64,000 nt of DNA, from positions 17,145 to 81,144 of the forward strand of contig JAEUTC010000043.1 of assembly GCA_016787985.1 (NCBI GenBank), written 5' to 3'. This document shows, one piece after another, positions 37,893-46,417 of the stretch. Within the stretch, counting starts at the first letter, position 1; the number at the start of each line of letters is the position of its first letter. The notes beneath the pieces were generated by a model, which did not search any database, was not told where the DNA came from, and saw nothing but the letters and a program-made list of their open reading frames with translations. The stretch is from Flavobacteriales bacterium (GTDB taxonomy: Bacteria > Bacteroidota > Bacteroidia > Flavobacteriales_F > PHOS-HE28). A program made the translations under genes and the position numbers.

Positions 37893-38549
37893 ATGCTCAC
37901 CCGCAGCGAAGAGGACCACTTGAAGGCCGTCTATGCCCTGTTGCTCGATGGCGACAGCGCGCTCACAAAGGACATCGCACACCGCTTGCGGACCAAGGCG
38001 AGCAGCGTCACTGACATGCTGAAGAAGCTGGCGGACAAGGGCCTGCTGAAGCATGAGCCGTATTATGGTGTGAAGTTGACCGCCAAGGGACGCGGACATG
38101 CCGTACAACTCGTCCGTCGGCACCGGTTGTGGGAGACCTTTCTGGTCCAACGCCTTGGCTTCGGATGGGACGAGGTGCACGAGGTGGCCGAGCAGTTGGA
38201 ACATGTGGCCGACGACAAGCTCACCGACCGTCTGGACGACTATTTGGGCAAACCCGCCTTCGATCCGCACGGCGACCCCATCCCCGACCGCAAGGGCCGC
38301 ATTCGACCCCGCAAGACCCAACGCTTGAGCGTATGCCGTGCTCAAGAAAGCGTGCGCATCGCTGCGGTGAGCGAGACCACGGACGGTCTGCTGCGGCTGC
38401 TCGACTCCAAAGGCCTGCGCATCGGCACACAGCTTACGGTATTGGAAGTACACCCCTTCGATGGCAGCATGGATATCAAGCCCAAGAATGGCGCATCCTT
38501 CAGCGTGAGCAAGGAAGTGAGCCATCACTTGCAAGTAGAACCCGCATAA
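37893..38549 (+). CDS. DtxR/MntR-family metal-dependent transcriptional regulator with a C-terminal FeoA-like domain
   Basis: About 218 aa from MLTRSEEDHLKAVYAL... (the track ORF starts at an upstream TTG at 37878); HTH plus metal-binding helix pattern. Confidence 0.85.
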   Translation: MLTRSEEDHLKAVYALLLDGDSALTKDIAHRLRTKASSVTDMLKKLADKGLLKHEPYYGVKLTAKGRGHAVQLVRRHRLWETFLVQRLGFGWDEVHEVAEQLEHVADDKLTDRLDDYLGKPAFDPHGDPIPDRKGRIRPRKTQRLSVCRAQESVRIAAVSETTDGLLRLLDSKGLRIGTQLTVLEVHPFDGSMDIKPKNGASFSVSKEVSHHLQVEPA

Positions 38550-38553
38550 GCCC

Positions 38554-39384
38554 ATGGAGCCTTTCGCCCAGATCGAACGTTACTTCAGCAGCATCGACCC
38601 GGTGCTCGCGGCATTCTTGGCCACCACGTTCACCTGGTTGGTCACCGCGGCCGGCGCCAGCTTGGTCTTCTTCTTCGGCAACGCCTCGCGCAAATGGCTC
38701 GATGGCATGCTCGGCTTCACCGGTGGTGTGATGGTGGCGGCGAGCTTCTGGAGCCTGCTCACTCCGAGCATCGACATGAGCGAGCGCATGGGCAACATCC
38801 CCTGGCTGGCGCCGGCGATCGGTTTCGCGGCCGGTGCGCTTTTCCTGTTCGCCTTGGACAAACTGCTTCCACACCTGCACATCAACTTCGACCCTGCGCA
38901 GTCCGAAGGCCCCAGCACCAAGTGGCACAAGACCACCTTGCTCGTCCTGGCGATCACCCTGCACAACATTCCCGAAGGGCTCGCCGTGGGAGTGCTCTTC
39001 GGCGGCGTGGCCGCAGGTATGCCCGAGGCCAGCATCGGCGGGGCGTTGGCGCTGGCCATCGGCATCGGGCTGCAGAACTTCCCCGAAGGTTTCGCGGTGA
39101 GCATGCCCTTGCGACGCCAGGGTCTCAGTAAATTCAGGAGCTTCTGGTACGGTCAGCTCAGCGCCATCGTGGAACCGGTGGCCGGCGTGGTCGGCGCAGT
39201 GGCCGTGATCCACATGCAGGGCTTCCTCCCCTACGCGCTGGCCTTCGCGGCGGGCGCCATGATCTACGTGGTGGTGGAGGAAGTGATCCCCGAAACGCAG
39301 CAGGACAAGTACACGGATATCGCCACGCTCGGCTTCATCGGCGGCTTCATAGTGATGATGATCCTGGACGTGGCCTTGGGGTGA
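38554..39384 (+). CDS. ZIP family metal cation transporter (ZupT-like)
   Basis: 276 aa; 8 TM; the HNIPEGLAVG and QNFPEGFAVS ZIP signature motifs. Confidence 0.85.
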   Translation: MEPFAQIERYFSSIDPVLAAFLATTFTWLVTAAGASLVFFFGNASRKWLDGMLGFTGGVMVAASFWSLLTPSIDMSERMGNIPWLAPAIGFAAGALFLFALDKLLPHLHINFDPAQSEGPSTKWHKTTLLVLAITLHNIPEGLAVGVLFGGVAAGMPEASIGGALALAIGIGLQNFPEGFAVSMPLRRQGLSKFRSFWYGQLSAIVEPVAGVVGAVAVIHMQGFLPYALAFAAGAMIYVVVEEVIPETQQDKYTDIATLGFIGGFIVMMILDVALG

Positions 39385-39401
39385 ATTAGCTTCGCGCTCC
39401 C

Positions 39402-39845
39402 ATGTCCAGTACCATCGAGGTCAAGAACCGCAAGGCGGGGTTCGAATACCACCTGCTCGATACGTTCGAGTGCGGCATGGTGCTCATGGGATCCGAGATA
39501 AAGAGCATCCGCAACAACGGCGCCACCATCGGCGAAGCCTTCTGCCAGTTCGTGGGGAACGACCTGCTGGTGCGCGGAATGCAGATCAACCCATGGGGTT
39601 CCAATCCGCACTATGTGCACGAGCCCAAACGCGATCGGAAATTGCTGCTTCACCACAAAGAGCTGGACAAGTTGCGACGGAAGTTGCGCGACACGGGCAT
39701 GACCATTGTGCCAGTGCGGCTCTTCATCGCACCGAACGGTTTCGCCAAGCTGGAGATTGCACTGGCAAAGGGCAAGAAGACCTTCGACAAGCGCGACAGC
39801 TTGAAGGCCAAGGACGTGCAGCGCGACCTGGACCGCATGGGTTGA
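39402..39845 (+). CDS. smpB: SsrA-binding protein SmpB
   Basis: 147 aa; the NRKAGFEYHLLDTFECGMVLMGSEIKSIR N-terminal motif and basic C-terminal tail. Confidence 0.9.
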   Translation: MSSTIEVKNRKAGFEYHLLDTFECGMVLMGSEIKSIRNNGATIGEAFCQFVGNDLLVRGMQINPWGSNPHYVHEPKRDRKLLLHHKELDKLRRKLRDTGMTIVPVRLFIAPNGFAKLEIALAKGKKTFDKRDSLKAKDVQRDLDRMG

Positions 39846-39849
39846 TCCG

Positions 39850-41823
39850 ATGGAGTGGCGCCGCCATATCGCTCGCTACGGCGATGGCTGGTTCCCTGGC
39901 GAACCGTGGGTGAAGTGGTCTTTCGTCGCGCTCTTCGCCCTAGCGGCCGTGCTCCGCTTTTGGAACCTCCCCGGACTGCCCTTCACCCACGACGAATTGA
40001 GCGCACTGATGCGCATCTACCCCACGCTTGGAGAGACCATCCAACGCGGCGTGATCGAGTTGGATACCCATCCGCCCGGCGTCCAGGTGTTCGAGTGGGC
40101 ATGGACCCGAATCTTCGGCACGTCAGAGGCTGCGGTCAAATCCCCTTTCATCCTGCTGGCGCTCATCGCGCTGTTCCCCCTCTATCGCTTTGCCCTCGCC
40201 TGGTCCTCCGCAGGCACCGCATTGGTGAGCACCGCCCTGCTCGCCACGTTGCAATACACGGTGCTGTATGCGCAGATCGCACGGCCCTATGCCATCGGCT
40301 TCTTCACCATCGCGTTGCTAGCGGATCACATCACACGATACCTCGCGTTCAACCGTCGCACGGATCTGTTCGGCATCGGCTTGGCGGCGGTGCTCAGTGC
40401 GTACACACACCACTTTTCCCTATTGCTGGCGGGCATCATGGTGCTATCCACAGGGCCCCTGCTGCTGCGCGAGCAGCGGAAGCCCTTCCTGGTGATGTGT
40501 GTGGTGAGCGCCGTGGCCTATGCACCGAACCTGGGCATCTTCGCCAAACAACTCGGCCTTGGTGGCTTGGGCAACTGGCTGCCACCGCCCGACGCTCAGT
40601 GGCTGCCGCGCTACCTGCAATGGATCCTGCATTTTTCAGAGCCGTTGATGGTGGTTGTCGGTGGGGCCTTCGTGATCGGTCTTGGCCTTGCGGTGAGGCG
40701 GTCCGGTGAACGAAGTCCGGCACGATGGCTGCTTCCCCTTTGGGGGCTTGCCCCGCTGCTGATCGGGTACGGCTACAGTGTTTGGCGATCACCGGTATTG
40801 CAATACAGCTTGGTCCTGTTCAGCTTCCCCTTTCTGGTCCATTGGGTGTTCATGGGGTTCCGGAATGCACCGAAATGGCTGGTGCTCGGGACCGCAGGCC
40901 TGATCGCCATCACCTCCACCACCACGTTGGTCCTGGAACGCCAGCACTATCGCGTCTTCTCCGATACCCCTTACGCGGCCATGGTGCGTGTGATGATGAA
41001 CCACATCGTTCGCGCAGGTCCGGAGCGCAGCTTCGTGATCTTCGATGCGCCACGGCCACAGGTCGAGTTCCACCTTCGTCGGCACGGGATGGATCCTGAA
41101 CAGGGGATCGTTTGGCCCCGCGAGCGGGAAGCCCAAGGGTTGCAGGAGCAGCTGCAAGATCCACAGTGGACGCATGTGGTACTGGGCACCAGCAACGGCT
41201 GCTTGGAAGAACGCGTGGCTTTGGTGCGTGCACACTTCCCCTATCTGGTGCATCTGGAGGATCATGTGGAAGGCCAAGTGCATGTCTTCGCGCGGCAGCA
41301 GCCGGAGCACTCGATCGCCGATCGTCGGTTGCTTCAGGTGATCAGCCCAAGTAGACGGGCCGGGCATGTGCACGTGGACCAAGAACTGACCATGTGGCAC
41401 GACACCGATGCACGGAGATCTTGTTGGGACTTGGTGGATCATGAGTTCGGTATTGAAGCGAAGTACACCCTTCCTGCGCAACCCGATACACGAGAAGATC
41501 TCTATGAAGTGGAAATGGAAGTGTCGCACATCCCGGTAGGCACGGACCTATCCCTAGTGGTCGAATTGCGCAACGCCCGGAACGAATTGCTGCTGTACCG
41601 CGCCAGTGCTGCACCAGCAACGGCAGGCACCGCGGTGGTGGCGCTATCGCCATCCTGGGTCGATGCCGGAGAGGCTCCGCTGGAAGTGAACATGTACGTG
41701 CAGAACAGGACGAAAGGGCCTGCGCGCATCCATGCGTTGCGCCTGTACCGAAGGGAGCAGAACCCGGTGCGCAATGCCCTGCTGGCACCAGTGCGTAACC
41801 TGGGCCACCTTCCCTTGAAATGA
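39850..41823 (+). CDS. GT39/ArnT-like family integral membrane glycosyltransferase
   Basis: 657 aa; N-terminal roughly 12 TM with a PMT_2-like pattern (RFWNLPGLPFTHDE...) plus a C-terminal soluble domain. Confidence 0.7.
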   Translation: MEWRRHIARYGDGWFPGEPWVKWSFVALFALAAVLRFWNLPGLPFTHDELSALMRIYPTLGETIQRGVIELDTHPPGVQVFEWAWTRIFGTSEAAVKSPFILLALIALFPLYRFALAWSSAGTALVSTALLATLQYTVLYAQIARPYAIGFFTIALLADHITRYLAFNRRTDLFGIGLAAVLSAYTHHFSLLLAGIMVLSTGPLLLREQRKPFLVMCVVSAVAYAPNLGIFAKQLGLGGLGNWLPPPDAQWLPRYLQWILHFSEPLMVVVGGAFVIGLGLAVRRSGERSPARWLLPLWGLAPLLIGYGYSVWRSPVLQYSLVLFSFPFLVHWVFMGFRNAPKWLVLGTAGLIAITSTTTLVLERQHYRVFSDTPYAAMVRVMMNHIVRAGPERSFVIFDAPRPQVEFHLRRHGMDPEQGIVWPREREAQGLQEQLQDPQWTHVVLGTSNGCLEERVALVRAHFPYLVHLEDHVEGQVHVFARQQPEHSIADRRLLQVISPSRRAGHVHVDQELTMWHDTDARRSCWDLVDHEFGIEAKYTLPAQPDTREDLYEVEMEVSHIPVGTDLSLVVELRNARNELLLYRASAAPATAGTAVVALSPSWVDAGEAPLEVNMYVQNRTKGPARIHALRLYRREQNPVRNALLAPVRNLGHLPLK

Positions 41824-41824
41824 A

Positions 41825-41849
41825 AGAAGGCCGCATGAAGCGGCCTTCT
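41825..41849. terminator. bidirectional hairpin terminator between convergent genes
   Basis: agaaggccgc-atgaa-gcggccttct: perfect 10-bp GC-rich stem, with T-rich flank ttgttg on the plus strand. Confidence 0.5.
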
Positions 41850-41868
41850 TGTTGAACAAGGCTTGGGA

Positions 41869-42822
41869 TCAGAGCTTGAAGCTGAGACCGATCCCGAGGG
41901 TTTGTTTGAATTGGGTAGCTGGGCCGGTGTACGCCAAGCCGGCATCATCCACCCGTGGAAGTTGGGTGTCGTGGTCATAGATCAGCACCGTGTTCAAGGT
42001 GGCGGCGAACCACTCGTTCACCTTGAAGGTCCACAAGGTCTCCCAGGTCACATCGATGTTCTGAGGGTTACGCAGGTAGTTGCTGAAGAGATCGCCGCGT
42101 GTCAGGAAGGTGATGTTCTTGGCCAGGTCTTTTTTGTACTGCAGACGGAGGTAACCACCCAGTTCGAGTTCGGAGGTGCTTCCGTTCTTCACGCCGTACA
42201 CACGGTCATCCGGCCCGAGTCCTTCGAACAGCAGATCATCGTTCACCACTACCATACGGGCCGTGGCGGGCGAGAAGAACACGGTGAAGTTCTCACTGGG
42301 TCGGTAGTCCAGACCCACACCGAGAAGCGCGTAGCCCGGAGCCATGAAGTTCGAGATGCGGTTGCCCTCAGCGTTGAAGCCCTCGGTGAATTGGGTGCGG
42401 AACTGGAAGACACCAGCGAGGTAGAGACTTTTCTTGAGTTCGTAGCCGTACTTGCTGTTCAGTTCGATACGGTCATCGGTCTTCTGCGGCTCCGTGTTGT
42501 TGTGCACGTGCTGGCCACCGAAGGCGAGGATCAAACTGTTGTCCCAGGCTTTGCGTCCTTTCTTCCAGTTGGCCGTGCCGTTGAACATGGCGATACCGCT
42601 CACCGAGCTGAAACCACCAGCCGCCCAGTTGGTCAGGTTCACCTGGGTCATGTTGATGTTGATGATGCCGCTCTTCTTCCATCCATCAGGAATGGTATCG
42701 GGAGGCACTCCGGTCTGCATGGTCGCTGCGGCGGCGTCGCGTGCACCTTTATCCACGTCGTTCTGCGCGATGGTCGGCAGCACAACGAAGAGGGAGAGCA
42801 AAAGGGTTAACGGTCGGTTCAT
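41869..42822 (-). CDS. DUF3078-like outer-membrane protein
   Basis: About 317 aa from MNRPLTLLLSLFVVLPTIAQ (signal peptide); ends ...GIGLSFKL. The track ORF 41869..43671 is an artefactual fusion. Confidence 0.7.
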   Translation of the reverse strand: MNRPLTLLLSLFVVLPTIAQNDVDKGARDAAAATMQTGVPPDTIPDGWKKSGIININMTQVNLTNWAAGGFSSVSGIAMFNGTANWKKGRKAWDNSLILAFGGQHVHNNTEPQKTDDRIELNSKYGYELKKSLYLAGVFQFRTQFTEGFNAEGNRISNFMAPGYALLGVGLDYRPSENFTVFFSPATARMVVVNDDLLFEGLGPDDRVYGVKNGSTSELELGGYLRLQYKKDLAKNITFLTRGDLFSNYLRNPQNIDVTWETLWTFKVNEWFAATLNTVLIYDHDTQLPRVDDAGLAYTGPATQFKQTLGIGLSFKL

Positions 42823-42872
42823 GTTCTTTGTGGGTGGTTTTGGTGTCCTTCCGAGGCGCGAAGGAAAGAAGT

Positions 42873-43715
42873 TCAGGCGTGTTTCGTGGTGACGGTCATA
42901 CTGGGTTTCGGCCCGTTGATACCAGCAGCTTGCAAAGCTGTGATCCCTTGTTCTAGGATGCCGAAGTATACGGTCCAGTAGTCCTTGGGGTCGCACCACG
43001 GGCGCACGGCCAGTTCGATGCCTTCCAGGTTCAGCTTGTTCACCGTAACGCTCGGCGCAGGTTCTTGCAACACCAGGGAATTCGCGTTCATCACGCCTTC
43101 CAAGACCTGCCTCACCTTGTCCAAGGGTTCGCCGTAGGCCACGCCCATGGTCAGGTCCACACGCATCTTGCCATCCGCGCTGTAGTTGATGATGTTGCCG
43201 TTGGCCATGGCGCCATTGGGGATGATCGCCGTTTTGTTCTCCGGGGTGAGTAGGACAGTGGTGAAGATCTGGATCTCCTTCACCGTGCCGAGTATGCCTT
43301 GGGCCTCGATCAGGTCGCCCACCTTGTAGGGTTTGAACAACAGGATGAGGGTGCCTCCGGCGAAATTCGCCAGGGTGCCCTGCAAGGCTAGGCCCACGGC
43401 CAGACCCGCCGCGCCTACGATGGCCACGAAGCTGGTGGTGGCCACACCCATCATCTGGATCACCGTGAGGAACAGCAGCACCCGCAAGGAGATGGTGACC
43501 AGGCTGTGCAGGAAACGCTTCAGCGTGGGTTCCACACCACGGCGGTCCAACACCTTGTTCAGCAAGCTGGCGAGCATTCGGATAAGCAACGAACCGATCC
43601 AGAGTACGATGAGGGCCATGAGCACCTTCGGAGCGTACTCCACGACGAGTTGCATGCCCTTGGCGGTCCAAGTGCTCAGTTGGTTCACGGGTTCGGCGAT
43701 GATCTCAGGTTCCAT
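42873..43715 (-). CDS. mechanosensitive ion channel, MscS family
   Basis: 280 aa; 3 TM then an MscS beta-domain (GDLIEAQGILGTVKEIQIFTTVLLTPENKTAIIPNGAMANGNIINYS). Confidence 0.85.
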   Translation of the reverse strand: MEPEIIAEPVNQLSTWTAKGMQLVVEYAPKVLMALIVLWIGSLLIRMLASLLNKVLDRRGVEPTLKRFLHSLVTISLRVLLFLTVIQMMGVATTSFVAIVGAAGLAVGLALQGTLANFAGGTLILLFKPYKVGDLIEAQGILGTVKEIQIFTTVLLTPENKTAIIPNGAMANGNIINYSADGKMRVDLTMGVAYGEPLDKVRQVLEGVMNANSLVLQEPAPSVTVNKLNLEGIELAVRPWCDPKDYWTVYFGILEQGITALQAAGINGPKPSMTVTTKHA

Positions 43716-43738
43716 GGTCTGTGGTGGTTAGTGTCCGT

Positions 43739-44632
43739 TCAGGCGAAAGGGGCCTTGTGGGTGGTAGTGGTCTGGTCGACTCGCTGATCGCCCCGTGATT
43801 CCGCTTTCCGCGGAGCGTCGATCACTTCGATCCGTTCGGTCACGAGCCTCTTGCTGGGGATCATCACCACACGGTCGCTCTTGCGCAGGGTCATGCTCAC
43901 ACTATCGATGCGCTCGATCACCCCTTCATCATCGCCGATGCGGACGTGCATGCCCGGCTTGAACCGCTCGTTGCCGTAGTAGCTGCCCAGGATGTTGCTG
44001 AGCACATCGCGCGCGGCGAATCCATAGGCCACACCGAAGGCGAGCAAGAGCCCACCAAGGATGATCTGGATGTTCGTGGTAATGAGGGTCGTATCCACAC
44101 CGGCCACGTTCAGTGCGGTGATGGATGCGAAAACGATGGTGATCACGGCCAGGATACGCCCGACGATACGGCCGGCGGACAACTCGACCACGTTGCTCAA
44201 TTGGCTCACCAATCGGCTCACTTTATCCGCACCCCAGATACCCAGTACGAAGATGGCCAATGCGGTAAGCAGCGTAGGCAGGAAGGCGAACGCGCGCTGC
44301 ACCGCGAAGCTCACCAGATGGAGCCCCATGAGATCAGCGGCCGAAAGCACGGCAATGAGCACCATCAGCCACCATACCATCGTGGCCACAAGGCGTGCCG
44401 GCGTGAATCCACCGAAACGGGCAATAGCACGATCGACACCTGAACGCTGAGCCAATGGATCCAATGTGCGCTCGCCGATACGTAGGGCGATCCACCGGAG
44501 GCCTCTGGCCAGCAACAAGCCGACCAAGAGTACCAACAGGCCGGTTAGCACCGCCGGTAGCCTATCGATGATGGCGGCGCCATAAGTGTTGAACGCCTGG
44601 GGCAGTCGGTCTTGGAAGAAAGTCATGTCCAT
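43739..44632 (-). CDS. mechanosensitive ion channel family protein (MscS-like)
   Basis: About 297 aa from MDMTFFQDRL...; TM helices; the RIGDDEGVIERIDSVSMTLRKSDRVVMIPSKRL beta-domain motif. Confidence 0.75.
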   Translation of the reverse strand: MDMTFFQDRLPQAFNTYGAAIIDRLPAVLTGLLVLLVGLLLARGLRWIALRIGERTLDPLAQRSGVDRAIARFGGFTPARLVATMVWWLMVLIAVLSAADLMGLHLVSFAVQRAFAFLPTLLTALAIFVLGIWGADKVSRLVSQLSNVVELSAGRIVGRILAVITIVFASITALNVAGVDTTLITTNIQIILGGLLLAFGVAYGFAARDVLSNILGSYYGNERFKPGMHVRIGDDEGVIERIDSVSMTLRKSDRVVMIPSKRLVTERIEVIDAPRKAESRGDQRVDQTTTTHKAPFA

Positions 44633-44642
44633 GGTGGAGAGA

Positions 44643-44870
44643 TCAAGTAGTTGGGTCCTTCGGGGGTTCAGCGGTGTTCGACTTCCGTCCTTCACCGGAC
44701 CCACCCACGATACGGATCCGTTCGAAAAGTGCCGCGCTGGGGTCGGCCACGAAGAGTTGCAGCATGCGCATGAGCATCATCACGAATTTCACACTTCCCA
44801 CCACTTCGGCACGCAAGTGCTCGGGCGGTTGGTCGGTGGACCGGATCAGCTTGAACGGATTCTCGCTCAT
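44643..44870 (-). CDS. small protein downstream of and overlapping the ECF sigma gene (candidate anti-sigma or regulator)
   Basis: 75-aa ORF with a 4-nt overlap onto the sigma-factor stop; no recognisable motif. Confidence 0.35.
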   Translation of the reverse strand: MSENPFKLIRSTDQPPEHLRAEVVGSVKFVMMLMRMLQLFVADPSAALFERIRIVGGSGEGRKSNTAEPPKDPTT

Positions 44871-45454
44871 GGCTCTTCCGGGAATAAGACGTGATACTTC
44901 GCCAACGCTCGCTCCCGCGCCCGCATGGAGCGCATCTTCACGGCGCTTTCGGAAAGGGCCAGGACATCCATCATGTCCTTCACGGACAATTCATCCTGGT
45001 ACTTCATCAGCAGAATGCCGCGGTCCGCAGGTTCCAAGACATCAAGAACCTTGGCCAGGCGGTCCGCCCGAAGGGAGAGCAGCTCGGCTTCATAGCGTTC
45101 ATCGGCTCCATCATCGATGCGCTCGTCGTCGTCCAACTCGGAGGTCCGCTGCTTTTGGTCCTTGCGCAGATGGTCAAGGCAATAGTTGTAGGTGATGCTG
45201 TACAACCACGTCCCGAAACGACTGCGGTGGTCGAACTTCGTCAGGTTCACGAACGCCTTCAGGAAGATGTCGTGCGTAAGGTCCTGCGCTAGTTCCTTGT
45301 TCCGCGTCATGCTCACGCATTTCTGGAATACCTTGCTCGAGTAGCGGTCGTACAGGATCCCGAAACGGTCCGCGTCCATGTCCCGCTGAAGCTCCGCCAC
45401 GAGGTCCTCGTCGCTAAGCTGGCTGACCGGCTTGGCCTTCTTCCTGAACAACAC
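44867..45454 (-). CDS. RNA polymerase sigma-70 factor, ECF subfamily
   Basis: 195 aa; region 2 (DLTHDIFLKAFVNLTKFDHRSRFGTWLYSITYNYCLDHLR) and region 4 (LSVKDMMDVLALSESAVKMRSMRARERL). Confidence 0.85.
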   Translation of the reverse strand: MLFRKKAKPVSQLSDEDLVAELQRDMDADRFGILYDRYSSKVFQKCVSMTRNKELAQDLTHDIFLKAFVNLTKFDHRSRFGTWLYSITYNYCLDHLRKDQKQRTSELDDDERIDDGADERYEAELLSLRADRLAKVLDVLEPADRGILLMKYQDELSVKDMMDVLALSESAVKMRSMRARERALAKYHVLFPEEP

Positions 45455-46079
45455 TTGGGGAGAGCGTATTCGCCGTTTGGACGTGGAGCGGTGAAAAGGT
45501 CACATACGTCGGATCGGAAGCCTGAAAGAAGGCTGAAGGACGCTGCTTATTGATGAGGATGCCGACCGGTGTGTACCCATGGTGCTACGACGCGAAGCCA
45601 CCTGGGAGAGGCGCTGGCTGATAAAGACACTCAAGCCACCTTGATTGACCCGACTAAAGTCAGTTCACAAAGCACGAGCTTGTTGTGCCTCTTGGCGCGA
45701 AAGTACAGCAGACCACTAAATCGCTGCTACCTTGCAATGAAACGCCATTTTGACATCACAATGCACTACCTACTCACAACTAAGTGGTATCCCAGAGCTC
45801 TAGGTTGCGCCATTATGTCATTTGACCAGCGCTCCAACAGCCTTCCTCTCTACAAGATACGACGTCCTACCCACACCTGAGTTATGAACGACTTGCTGTT
45901 CCATGACAATACCCACTCTTGAATCAAAGAATCCATCATTTGACTGATTATCTGACACTTATATCCTCCTCTACTGCCCACATACAACACAACCGGTCAA
46001 GTTAGTTATTAAGGGGTCCTCATTCTGACACGGTATTTGGATGTAACATTGTGCAGCACACCAGATTGTTGATAACATG

Positions 46080-46110
46080 TTGACAAGAAAACGCACAGAG
46101 GGTAGATTTG
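46080..46110 (+). promoter_or_regulatory. Bacteroidetes-type sigma-A promoter (-33 TTG / -7 TAGATTTG) driving the islet operon
   Basis: TTG (46080-46082), a 20-bp spacer, then TAGATTTG (46103-46110), matching the TAnnTTTG -7 consensus; about 55 bp upstream of the first islet ORF. Confidence 0.5.
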
Positions 46111-46165
46111 GCAAATATTTGGAGGCGTCCAGCAGAAGGTCTTCGACTAATGAACTCTAAGGCCG

Positions 46166-46396
46166 ATGAATCCAATTGAACTAGCAGACCTCATTAGGCA
46201 GTACTCGACTAATGCCAAGGTCAATCGTGAGAACTACGAGGCTGAGTTGCTTCGCATTGTTCAGGACGAGAATCAATTCAACGAACGCGTAATCAACCTT
46301 CATCGCGAGCGTGAACGAATGGAGGAAGAAGCAGAAGCCAATCGCTCATTCGATCCTGAAGTACTTCGTGTTGTGATATCTTATAAGGCCCGTTGA
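46166..46396 (+). CDS. small highly charged protein (76 aa), first gene of the islet operon
   Basis: ORF of plausible composition (RERERMEEEAEANR is coiled-coil-like); ends 21 nt before the next ORF. Confidence 0.45.
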   Translation: MNPIELADLIRQYSTNAKVNRENYEAELLRIVQDENQFNERVINLHRERERMEEEAEANRSFDPEVLRVVISYKAR

Positions 46397-46417
46397 GTTC
46401 TACGCTCAACGCTAATA

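Noticed and set aside
41869-43671. 600-aa minus-strand ORF
   Set aside because: Artefactual fusion: the N-terminal 280 aa is an alternative frame across the MscS gene; the genuine DUF3078 gene starts at 42822 with a signal peptide.
45569-45880. 103-aa ORF at the islet boundary
   Set aside because: Spans the GC transition and has no coherent protein-like pattern; probably a non-coding boundary/promoter region.
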